DNA of 64,000 nt. Source: Acidobacteriota bacterium. GTDB taxonomy: Bacteria > Acidobacteriota > Vicinamibacteria > Vicinamibacterales > Fen-181. A model generated the notes under the pieces. The model saw nothing but the letters and a program-made list of their open reading frames with translations, had not been told where the DNA came from and made no database searches. The position numbers and the translations under genes were made by a program. Where the stretch lies: the NCBI GenBank assembly GCA_003170135.1, contig PMZR01000140.1, positions 4,382 to 68,381 on the forward strand, written 5' to 3'. Positions 15,234 to 24,375 of this stretch are shown here, one piece after another. The first letter of the stretch is position 1, and each line of letters opens with the position of its first letter.

Positions 15234-18200
15234 CTACCGTTTTCCCACGCGCGGACCCGTCGCGGCTGGCTTCCGCGGAGTTGATGTCGCCGTCGCCACC
15301 GGTTCGGGCAGGTCCGGCACATACAACGCGCCGGCCGCAGCCAGCTTTGCCGCCGTCTCCTGCGCGGCCGTCATCGCGAGTATGCGCACGCGCTCATTGC
15401 GTGGGAGGACGATTGCGGTGGCGCCGGCCGGCACGTCGAGCGCGTATGCGAAGACATACGACAGCACATAGGGCTGGTTGGCGTCGCCCCCGTGACGGTG
15501 CGTGCCCACCCACGCCACCTCGTCGCGTTTCACGAACCCGGCGCGAATCCTGTCCAGGCCGCTCACGGTCCGCGTGGCCTGGTCGAACCGCGTGACCGTC
15601 AGGTTGTTGATCGCGTCGAGGGTCCACGACTGATTGTTGTCCTCGGGCGCGGCGTACACCGAGCGCAGCAGCCGGTCATCGACGACGCGGCTGTTCCACT
15701 GGCCAACCACGCCTTCCCATTCCTGCACCCGGACCGTCGTCGATTGCGCGGACGCGCCCTTTCTCGCGAAGGCGAACGTCGCCGGCGTGTCGCCGCCAAC
15801 CGCCGCCGCGAGCACGTAGAGACGGTTGTAGCTGCCTGCTGGCAGCGCCAGCGTCTGGCCCTTCGGGACGAGCACGTTGCGCGCGCCGGTTGCCGCCGAC
15901 CCGAACCGGAACGGGACGCCGTGCATTTCGAAAGGCGACGGCAGCAGCTCGGCCGCCAGGGTCTGCCCCTTGCCGTCGAAGTCGCCGTCCGTGCGGTCGC
16001 GATCGGTCGAGAAGCCGTCGAGGTTGAACGGCAGATCGAGCACGGTCGCGTCGCGGCCGATCCCGGGGCGCGGTCCCTGCTGGAGCTTCACCGCGACGGT
16101 GCGCGATTGATAGCGTCCGAGATCGACGCTCACCCGTCCGTCGGTCACACCGAGCAGACGTATCCCCTCCTCGGCGGCATTGACCTCGCGCGCGGCGGCG
16201 ATGGGCACCGCCATGCCGATGGTCGCGCGGGCGGGTTCACCGAACAGTTCCTGGACACGGACGACGATCTCGTCGCCGTCCTCGGCCTTCTTCACCGCCC
16301 GCACCGCAAAGTGCCCCTGCGATCCGGCGGTGCTGACGAGCGACATCCACGGGCCGAGCGGCCCGCCGTGCGCCGTCGTCTGGAACGCGAGGAGCGGTTG
16401 ATTGAGGGCCGTTGCATGCATCGGCACCAGGCCGTCCCGCCACGTACCCTTGTGCCCGGTGACCGCGTAGGTGAAGTGATGCCGGCCGATGTCGTTGCTG
16501 CTCTGGTAGACGTAGTTCTTCGTCGGCAGCGGCGTCCGCACGAGCGTCAGGCGCACGGTGTTGTCGTCCGGCTTGTCCCAGCCGTACTTGCTGTCGTTGA
16601 GGATCGCCGTGCCGAAGCGCTGGCTGCTGTCGGTCAGGTCCGCCCACTGCTGGCCCGGCACCTCGTAGCGGTTCGGCTCGTTGTTGCCGCGCGCGATCGT
16701 GCCGAGACCCAGGTCATAGGTGGCGAGGCGGTTGGAGGCGGCCAGCGGGAAGGCGGCCTTGAGCATCAGGCCGGGACTCTTCCAGTCGACGTCGTTTGCG
16801 AAGTCCACGCGGTCGCCGCCCTCGGTGAGGCTGAGGCGCTCGGCCACGGTCGATCCCGCGGCGGTGCGGGAGATCTCGAGCGTCACGCGCACCGGGCCGC
16901 GTTCGACGACGCGCACGCGCGGGCTCGAAAACCTCGCCTGCGGCGCGGCGCTCACCGATTCGAACAGGATTTCCCACGCCGGCCACCTGCCCGAGTCGTC
17001 TTTGAGCATCTGCAGCGCGATCGGGGCTTTCAGCAGTTCGACGCCCGCCTGCCTGTCGAAGATGGACGACACGTCGCCGTTGGCGTCGATCGTCACGGTG
17101 TAGCGCGCGTTCTGCAGCGACGACCGAGTGACGGCGACCGAGGAAGGCGCCGGCGCCTTTCGCAAAAGCGCGGGCCGCACCTCGAATACCTTGAAGCCGA
17201 CAGACGGGACGTCGGCGAGGAACAGGATGCGCAGCGAGCGGCCCGTTGTCGAGAGGATCTGCGACAGCACCTCCTGGCCCGTTTCGCGATCGACCACGCG
17301 CACGCCGGCGGGCGCGCGCACGGCGAACTGGACCGTGGCCTCCACCGCGTCCTTGCGGGCGCTGGCAACGGGGTTGTAGACGACCAGCGGGACGCCGGTC
17401 GTTCTCGTGTCGAGCGTTGCGGCGACGTTGCGAACGCCGTCGGTCACGATGCCCGCGAACTGGTTCATCGACAGCAGCTCGTCGTTCCACGAGAACTGGT
17501 AGGCTTGCGGGATGCTCGTCCCCGTGATGTCGTCGTGGAACTGATGCCAGAGAAACCGGGTCCACGCCGTGCGCAGCCGGTCGCGCGGGTAGGTGAGGCC
17601 CGCGAGCGCTTCCGCGGCGACGCTGGCCCGTTCGGCCGCGTCGGCCAGCAGTTCGTTCTGGCGATTGAACCGCTTCATCGCCGCCTGCGACGTGTAACAG
17701 CCGACGCCGTGCGTCTTCAGCAGCAGCTCGCCCTCGTACTCGGGCAGCGCGGCGATCTCCTTGTCGGTGAGATCGCGCGACAGCTGGTCGGCCGACGTCG
17801 GGCGCACCTCGACCTTCGCGTCGGGATTGGCGATCGCCTTCTCGACCCATTCGACCGATTGCGCGTCGGGCGCGCCGCCCTGGTCGCCGACGCCGAAGTA
17901 CTTGAAGCCCACCGAGCGGCCGTCACCGAGCGACACGAGATCGCCCATCCACTTCGGATCGATTGACGGATCGGTGCGGATCTCCTGCACGTAGTCCCCG
18001 GGCCGCAATTCCGCGACGAGCGTCGAACCATCGACGCCCTTCCAGCGCCCGACCGCGAACGGCGGCGGGAAGGGCGCGCCCCACGAGAGTTTCTGCGTGG
18101 AAAACGACTTGAGGCCCGAGGCCGCGGCGGTCGCGGGCAGCGCGAAGCCGAACCCGAAGCAATCGGGCAGGTAGACGTCCTGGCTGACCTTGCCGAACTC

Positions 18201-18635
18201 GGCGCGATAGAACCGCTTGCCGTAGAGCGCCTGGCGCATCAGCGACTCCGGCGACGGGATGTGCGTGTCGACGGCATTGATCCACGAACCGGCGAGGCGC
18301 CAGCGATCGCCGGCCACGTACTTCTGCAGCGTGGCCCACGCCTCGGGGTGGTATTCCTTGAACCACATGTAGTGGATCGCGCCCTCGAAGGTGAACACGT
18401 AGTGCGGAAAGCGCTCGAACAGCTTGAAGTTGTCGAAGAAGGTGGCCGGCACGAACTGCCGGATCGAGTCCTGCACGGTCCAGTTCCACTGCGTATCGAG
18501 GTGCGCAGTGGCGACCAGGTACAGGACCGGCTTCTGCGCGGCCGGCTGCGCCGGGCGCGTTTCCTGCGTCCGCACGCCGGTGGCTGCCAGGCCGACGCCA
18601 ACGACCGTCATCGCCGCCAGGATCCACTGCTTCAT
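15234..18635 (-). CDS. glycoside hydrolase family 38 (alpha-mannosidase-like), exported
   Basis: AHLDTQWNWT...PDCFGFG..LP GH38 N-terminal motifs. Signal peptide from ATG 18635 (MKQWILAAMTVVGVGLAA). Confidence 0.85.
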   Translation of the reverse strand: MKQWILAAMTVVGVGLAATGVRTQETRPAQPAAQKPVLYLVATAHLDTQWNWTVQDSIRQFVPATFFDNFKLFERFPHYVFTFEGAIHYMWFKEYHPEAWATLQKYVAGDRWRLAGSWINAVDTHIPSPESLMRQALYGKRFYRAEFGKVSQDVYLPDCFGFGFALPATAAASGLKSFSTQKLSWGAPFPPPFAVGRWKGVDGSTLVAELRPGDYVQEIRTDPSIDPKWMGDLVSLGDGRSVGFKYFGVGDQGGAPDAQSVEWVEKAIANPDAKVEVRPTSADQLSRDLTDKEIAALPEYEGELLLKTHGVGCYTSQAAMKRFNRQNELLADAAERASVAAEALAGLTYPRDRLRTAWTRFLWHQFHDDITGTSIPQAYQFSWNDELLSMNQFAGIVTDGVRNVAATLDTRTTGVPLVVYNPVASARKDAVEATVQFAVRAPAGVRVVDRETGQEVLSQILSTTGRSLRILFLADVPSVGFKVFEVRPALLRKAPAPSSVAVTRSSLQNARYTVTIDANGDVSSIFDRQAGVELLKAPIALQMLKDDSGRWPAWEILFESVSAAPQARFSSPRVRVVERGPVRVTLEISRTAAGSTVAERLSLTEGGDRVDFANDVDWKSPGLMLKAAFPLAASNRLATYDLGLGTIARGNNEPNRYEVPGQQWADLTDSSQRFGTAILNDSKYGWDKPDDNTVRLTLVRTPLPTKNYVYQSSNDIGRHHFTYAVTGHKGTWRDGLVPMHATALNQPLLAFQTTAHGGPLGPWMSLVSTAGSQGHFAVRAVKKAEDGDEIVVRVQELFGEPARATIGMAVPIAAAREVNAAEEGIRLLGVTDGRVSVDLGRYQSRTVAVKLQQGPRPGIGRDATVLDLPFNLDGFSTDRDRTDGDFDGKGQTLAAELLPSPFEMHGVPFRFGSAATGARNVLVPKGQTLALPAGSYNRLYVLAAAVGGDTPATFAFARKGASAQSTTVRVQEWEGVVGQWNSRVVDDRLLRSVYAAPEDNNQSWTLDAINNLTVTRFDQATRTVSGLDRIRAGFVKRDEVAWVGTHRHGGDANQPYVLSYVFAYALDVPAGATAIVLPRNERVRILAMTAAQETAAKLAAAGALYVPDLPEPVATATSTPRKPAATGPRVGKR

Positions 18636-18757
18636 CGTCGTACTCCGGAGGCAGGCCATTGTGGCACAGGCCAACGAAAAGGGGCATGGCGCCACAAACG
18701 CCATGCCCCGCAGATACGCAGGCCGAAGGCGAAAGCCCGCGGCCGAACGCCGAACGC

Positions 18758-20452
18758 CTAGAGCCCCGGCCCCGTCGTGGTCGTGGGCTTGGTCGGGATC
18801 TTCTTCCAGGTCAGCGAATCGAGCCATTCCTTGGACGGCGGCGTGCGCGGGCCGGCATTGTCGTTGTACTTCACGATGAGCGAGTCGGCCAGCTTCCACC
18901 ACTCGTCGAAGGTCTGCTGCGTGACCTTGTTCGTGTAGTCGTTCACGAACGCGCGGGCCGCGTTCGGATCCTTCTTATAGAGGTCCAGCGCCTGCTGCTC
19001 GATGCCCGCCTGGTCCGCCAGGAACTTGCCTTCGAGCTCGGCGCGCTTCGTCTTGATGTCCGCGAGCATCGCGTTGAAGCGCAGCTGGGCCCAGTTGCCG
19101 ACGAAGTCGAACGCCCACCACGCCGATTTGCGGTCGAACTCCGCGCGCGTGCCGATGTCGAACGCCTCCGGCAGCTTCGTGGCGCCCGCATAGAGCGGCA
19201 TGAAGTTCCCGGTCTTCGCATCGTCGGGCGTGAACCACGCGACGCCGCCGATCCACGACGGCATGTTGCCGCGCGCCTGGAGCACGACGGTGTACGAGCA
19301 GCCGATGATCGAGATGGTCCGTTCGTTGCCGATGGATCCCGCCGGCGCCTGTGCAGACGGCCGGTTCGGATTCCCCCACGGCCCGGCGATTGCGCCCGCG
19401 CTCGCGTCGAAATCCGTGCCCGCGTACCAGTCGCGGTGCAGGGCCATCAGGTCCTGCACGGTGAGCTTCTTCTCCGCCTTCACCGTGAAGGGCGGCGCCG
19501 GGTCATACGGGTCGAGGTTCAACGACGGCGCAACGGTGCTCAGCACGCGCCACTCGCGCAGCGTGCTGTAACGCGGCCGATTGCCGGCGTAGACCTTGTA
19601 GAACACGAACGGTTCGCCCTTCTTCCACCAGCCCATCTGCTCGCCGACGGTCATGACGCTGGCGGACGCCATGTAGTGGTCCTTGTCCTCCAGGTGCAGC
19701 TCCGGGATGCGCGACCAGTTCGCGCTGACACCCACGTGGCCCGCCGGGATGCGCACGGCGGCCCAGACCGCGCCTTTCTCGGCCGGCCCTGACCCGAAGA
19801 TCTCGAAGTGCCAGGCCTCGTTCGGGTCGATGACCGTCAGGCATTCGCCGCTGTCGCCGTACCCGTACTTGGTGGCCAGCTCGCCCATGATCTTGATGGC
19901 TTCGCGGGCGGTCGAGGCGCGCTCGAGCGCGACACGCTCGAGTTCCATGATGTCGAACCAGCCTTCGTCGTTGTGCAGCTCGCGCTTGCCGCCGATCGTC
20001 GTCTCGCCGATTTCCACCTGCTTCTCGTTCATGAACGGGTACGCCGCGTCGTAGCGGGTGAAGGTCGTCTCGACTTCGGGAATCTCGCCCACCTGCTTGC
20101 TCGGCGGCCGATCGGCTCCGACACCGCCGCCTCGCATCACCGGTCGTATCGACCCTTTCGGATGCGTGCCGCCCACGACGATATGGACGCGGACCTCGTA
20201 GTGGCCGTCACAGGAATGGCTCGTCATGCACGAGCCGTCGGCGGTCGCTCCCTTGTCCACCGGGATCGACGTGCACCAGAGCCCGATCTCGCTCGGATCC
20301 TGGACATCCTGCGGCTCCATCCCCGGCTTCAGCTTGGCGCCGTTGTCGCCGAAAATCTGCTGCTGCTGCTGCGGTTGCTGCGGCGCCGCGAAGCTGCCGA
20401 CGGCAGCGAAGAGGACGAGCAGGATGACGCAAAACAGTCGCGTCCGTTTCAT
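18758..20452 (-). CDS. C69 family dipeptidase, exported
   Basis: Signal peptide. A CTS nucleophile context follows the pro-region. GYGDSGECL and EAWHFEI motifs are typical of peptidase C69/U34. Confidence 0.8.
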   Translation of the reverse strand: MKRTRLFCVILLVLFAAVGSFAAPQQPQQQQQIFGDNGAKLKPGMEPQDVQDPSEIGLWCTSIPVDKGATADGSCMTSHSCDGHYEVRVHIVVGGTHPKGSIRPVMRGGGVGADRPPSKQVGEIPEVETTFTRYDAAYPFMNEKQVEIGETTIGGKRELHNDEGWFDIMELERVALERASTAREAIKIMGELATKYGYGDSGECLTVIDPNEAWHFEIFGSGPAEKGAVWAAVRIPAGHVGVSANWSRIPELHLEDKDHYMASASVMTVGEQMGWWKKGEPFVFYKVYAGNRPRYSTLREWRVLSTVAPSLNLDPYDPAPPFTVKAEKKLTVQDLMALHRDWYAGTDFDASAGAIAGPWGNPNRPSAQAPAGSIGNERTISIIGCSYTVVLQARGNMPSWIGGVAWFTPDDAKTGNFMPLYAGATKLPEAFDIGTRAEFDRKSAWWAFDFVGNWAQLRFNAMLADIKTKRAELEGKFLADQAGIEQQALDLYKKDPNAARAFVNDYTNKVTQQTFDEWWKLADSLIVKYNDNAGPRTPPSKEWLDSLTWKKIPTKPTTTTGPGL

Positions 20453-20560
20453 TGCGCTTCGCTCCTTTGTCGGAAATCGCCCGCGAGACGCGATTTCCAG
20501 CTAGACGGCAAGGCCGAAGCCTTGCCCTGCGTTCTCCCGAGCCTGCTTGCTTGCGGCCTG

Positions 20561-20610
20561 GCACCGAGCACCGCACAGCACCCCGCACCTCGCACCACGC
20601 ACGTCGCACG
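20561..20610 (-). repeat. heptamer tandem array (GTGCGNN on the minus strand, about 7 units)
   Basis: Plus strand: gcaccga gcaccg caca gcacccc gcacctc gcaccac gcacgtc gcacg. Lies directly 3' of the M14-like gene stop. Confidence 0.85.
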
Positions 20611-20615
20611 ATGGG

Positions 20616-21887
<1,272 letters not shown>

Positions 21888-21896
21888 CGGCGCGCC

Positions 21897-22049
21897 TCAC
21901 TTCAACCCGAAGATCCGCAGCAGGAATGGGATGAGGACGATCGCGTAGAGCGCCTCGTCTTCCCATTGCTTCGACTTCGCGAAGTTCCAGATCATGAAGA
22001 ACGCCGCGTAGGCGGCCAGGGCGAGGTAGAGGATGGTGACGATGGTCAT
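21897..22049 (-). CDS. 50-aa two-TM membrane protein (hypothetical)
   Basis: MTIVTILYLALAAYAAFFMIWNFAKSKQWEDEALYAIVLIPFLLRIFGLK. ATG at 22049 lies just after the repeat hairpin. The stop is 9 nt from the next ATG. The longer 118-aa ORF is repeat translation. Confidence 0.55.
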   Translation of the reverse strand: MTIVTILYLALAAYAAFFMIWNFAKSKQWEDEALYAIVLIPFLLRIFGLK

Positions 22050-22061
22050 GGCGTTCCTACC

Positions 22062-22253
22062 GTGCGAGGTGCGAGGTGCGAGGTGCGACGTGCGACGTGC
22101 GACGTGCGTGCGGTGTGCGACTTGCGTCATGCCCCGGTCATCCGCACCAAGCACTCCGCACTTTGCACCGCACGGCGCACTCCGTACGACGCACTTCGCA
22201 CTTCGCACCGCACTTCGCACCGCACTTCGCACAACGCACAACGCACTCCGCAC
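22062..22253. repeat. large inverted pair of heptamer arrays (GTGCGAG/GTGCGAC left arm, NTCGCAC-type right arm)
   Basis: Left arm 22062-22126, about 9 units. Loop tcatgccccggtcatc. Right arm 22143-22253, about 15 units (gcacttc gcacttc gcaccgc acttcgc ...). Fills the gap between the permease stop (22257) and the small-ORF start. Confidence 0.95.
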
Positions 22254-22256
22254 TAC

Positions 22257-23549
22257 TTAAATTCCCGTGAGAAACCCCAGGTGCTTGCTGTACACCACCA
22301 TCAGCGTGCCCATGACGATGATGATGACCGCGGGCACCGCGCACGTCTTGAGGAACTGCCCGTACGAGCCCTTGTAGCCGACCACGTCGACCGTCAGCCG
22401 GCCGATAATCGCGGTGGGCGGCAGCGCATCGCCGAGCGGCCAGATGACGCTCATGCCGGCCAGCGCGATGATCGGGTTCAGCCCCATCTTGTTGAAGAGC
22501 AGCACGAGCGGCACGCCCAGCACCGGCGCCGCCCCCCACATCAGCACCGCTTCCGAGACGGGCAGCACGATGAACAGCGTCGCGAAAATCACCGTCACGG
22601 GCAGCGTCACCGCCGCGACGGCGAGCAGGCCGCGCGCCCCGGTCAGCGTCATCATCTGCACGAGCACGCCCACGCAGGTCAGCGTCGCGACCAGCGGCAG
22701 CAGCTGATGGATGGTCTCCCGCGAGATGCGCGCGATATCGAGCCGCACCGGCGACACCAGGATCGACGTGATCGCGGCGGCCGCGAACATCAGCGGCAGG
22801 CCCGTGATCGGCGTCGAATGCGGCCACTGGCGGCCGACGTAGATGAACGCGCCGAAGATCGTAAACGGCAGCACCACCTTCCACCACCGCATGCCGGCCG
22901 GGGCCTCGGGCAACTCGCGCAGCGCCTGCCGCAGGTCGGCGGAGGTGCCCTTCCATCCGAGAATGAAGCTGGTCAGCAGACCGGCCACGACGCACGGGAT
23001 GAGCAGCGGCCAGAAGAAGCCGACGTACGGCATGTTCACGCCGGCCGCGGTCATCATGGCCCACAGGCTGATCGGCGGCGCCGCGGCGCTCAGGCCGGCA
23101 ATGATGAAGATGATGGCGGCGGTGCGCAGCTTCGAGATGCCCATGTAGTGCAGCACCACGGCGACCATGCTGCCCGTGACGAGCACCGTCACGCTGCCCG
23201 CGCCCGTCAGGGCGCCGGGGATGAGCAGCAGCAGCGTCAGCAGTGTCAGCAGCAGCGCCCGGCTGCGATGGAACCGCGAGACGATGCCGCGCACCACGTA
23301 GGCGACGCCCCCCGATTCCTTCAGCAGGTTCATGAAGAGCGTCGCGGTGATGAAGATCAGGTTGATGTCGAGGTAGGTGACGGCGCCCTCGGCAATGTGC
23401 CGCGACGGCAACCAGTGGCCGCCCGCGGCGGCGCCGCCCAGGGCCGCGGCCAGCATGGAGAGTTCCGTGCTCAGGCGCAGCGCCCGCACGCCGGCGTAGA
23501 CGACGACCATCGTCGCCAGGACGATGGCCGCCTGGGTGAACATGGTCAC
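22257..23549 (-). CDS. TRAP-type DctM-like large permease family protein
   Basis: 430 aa, about 12 TM. The hydrophobic profile and length resemble DctM-family permeases. GTG 23549 with AGGAGG 7 nt upstream. Confidence 0.7.
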   Translation of the reverse strand: MTMFTQAAIVLATMVVVYAGVRALRLSTELSMLAAALGGAAAGGHWLPSRHIAEGAVTYLDINLIFITATLFMNLLKESGGVAYVVRGIVSRFHRSRALLLTLLTLLLLIPGALTGAGSVTVLVTGSMVAVVLHYMGISKLRTAAIIFIIAGLSAAAPPISLWAMMTAAGVNMPYVGFFWPLLIPCVVAGLLTSFILGWKGTSADLRQALRELPEAPAGMRWWKVVLPFTIFGAFIYVGRQWPHSTPITGLPLMFAAAAITSILVSPVRLDIARISRETIHQLLPLVATLTCVGVLVQMMTLTGARGLLAVAAVTLPVTVIFATLFIVLPVSEAVLMWGAAPVLGVPLVLLFNKMGLNPIIALAGMSVIWPLGDALPPTAIIGRLTVDVVGYKGSYGQFLKTCAVPAVIIIVMGTLMVVYSKHLGFLTGI

Positions 23550-23560
23550 GGGGCGGCCTC

Positions 23561-24145
23561 CTACTTGGCGAAGATGCCCTTGAGCACGCCGACCAGGTCG
23601 AGGTTCTTCTCGAAGAGGACGAGCGGAATCTTCTTCGCCTTCGAAATCGCCGTGAAGCGGCCGTCCTCGTTGCCGTCCTTGCGCACGATCATGAAATTCG
23701 CCATCGGGCAGACGGCGTCGATCGACATCTCGTCGGAGTTGTCGCCGGGCGCCGCACCCGCCGACCGCCGGCTCATGCCCTCGATGTGCGCGCCTATGAC
23801 GGTCATGCCCTGCTTGCGCGCTTCGGCGATGAGCGCCTCGACCCGCTTCAACTCATCCTCGATCGACACGCCGGCGGCGCCCATGCCCTTGAGGCTCGCC
23901 CCGGTGACGACGATGAGCGACTTGAACTGCTTCGTCGCCAGGTCCTTCGCGACGGCGTCCTCCTTGAGCGTGTATTCCACGCCGGCGCGGCGCGCCAGCA
24001 CGTTCATGGCGTTGGCGCCAGGGCTCTGGCCGCACGAGGTGATGAGCACCGGCGCCGGCGCTTTCGGCGTGGTCTGGGCGGATGCGACGGCCATCAGGCA
24101 AATGAGAGCAAGGCCGAGCGTGAAGATGCGGCTGCGGACTGTCAT
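23561..24145 (-). CDS. secreted hypothetical protein (first gene of the permease operon)
   Basis: Signal peptide MTVRSRIFTLGLALICLMAVASA. 194 aa. GGAG RBS. No motif I can name with confidence. Confidence 0.6.
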   Translation of the reverse strand: MTVRSRIFTLGLALICLMAVASAQTTPKAPAPVLITSCGQSPGANAMNVLARRAGVEYTLKEDAVAKDLATKQFKSLIVVTGASLKGMGAAGVSIEDELKRVEALIAEARKQGMTVIGAHIEGMSRRSAGAAPGDNSDEMSIDAVCPMANFMIVRKDGNEDGRFTAISKAKKIPLVLFEKNLDLVGVLKGIFAK

Positions 24146-24196
24146 GGCGTTCTCCGGGATCGGGGGCAGGGGCGTGCGGGGGCGAGAATACCATAG

Positions 24197-24267
24197 TCGT
24201 TGGTCGTTAGTTGTTGGTTGTTGGTTGTTGGTCGGGGTCGTTGGTCGTTAGTCGGGGTCGTTGGTCG
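24197..24267 (+). repeat. heptamer tandem array TCGTTGG/TTGTTGG (about 10 units, single arm)
   Basis: tcgttgg tcgttag ttgttgg ttgttgg ttgttgg tcgggg tcgttgg tcgttag tcgggg tcgttgg. Lies in the divergent region upstream of pgsB. Confidence 0.9.
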
Positions 24268-24375
24268 CCTGCCCTGAGCGAGCGCAGCGAGTCGAAGGGT
24301 TGGCCGGAGCCGCCCCCGGGCCGTCTGACGTCGGCCGGCCGCCTTCGGTGTAAGCTGCTGCAGAATCAGGGGCTC

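Noticed and set aside
21897-22253. 118-aa ORF covering the small membrane protein plus the big repeat.
   Set aside because: The first 68 residues are a direct translation of the heptamer array (repetitive RSA/VRSA strings). Only the last 50 aa form a plausible two-TM peptide.
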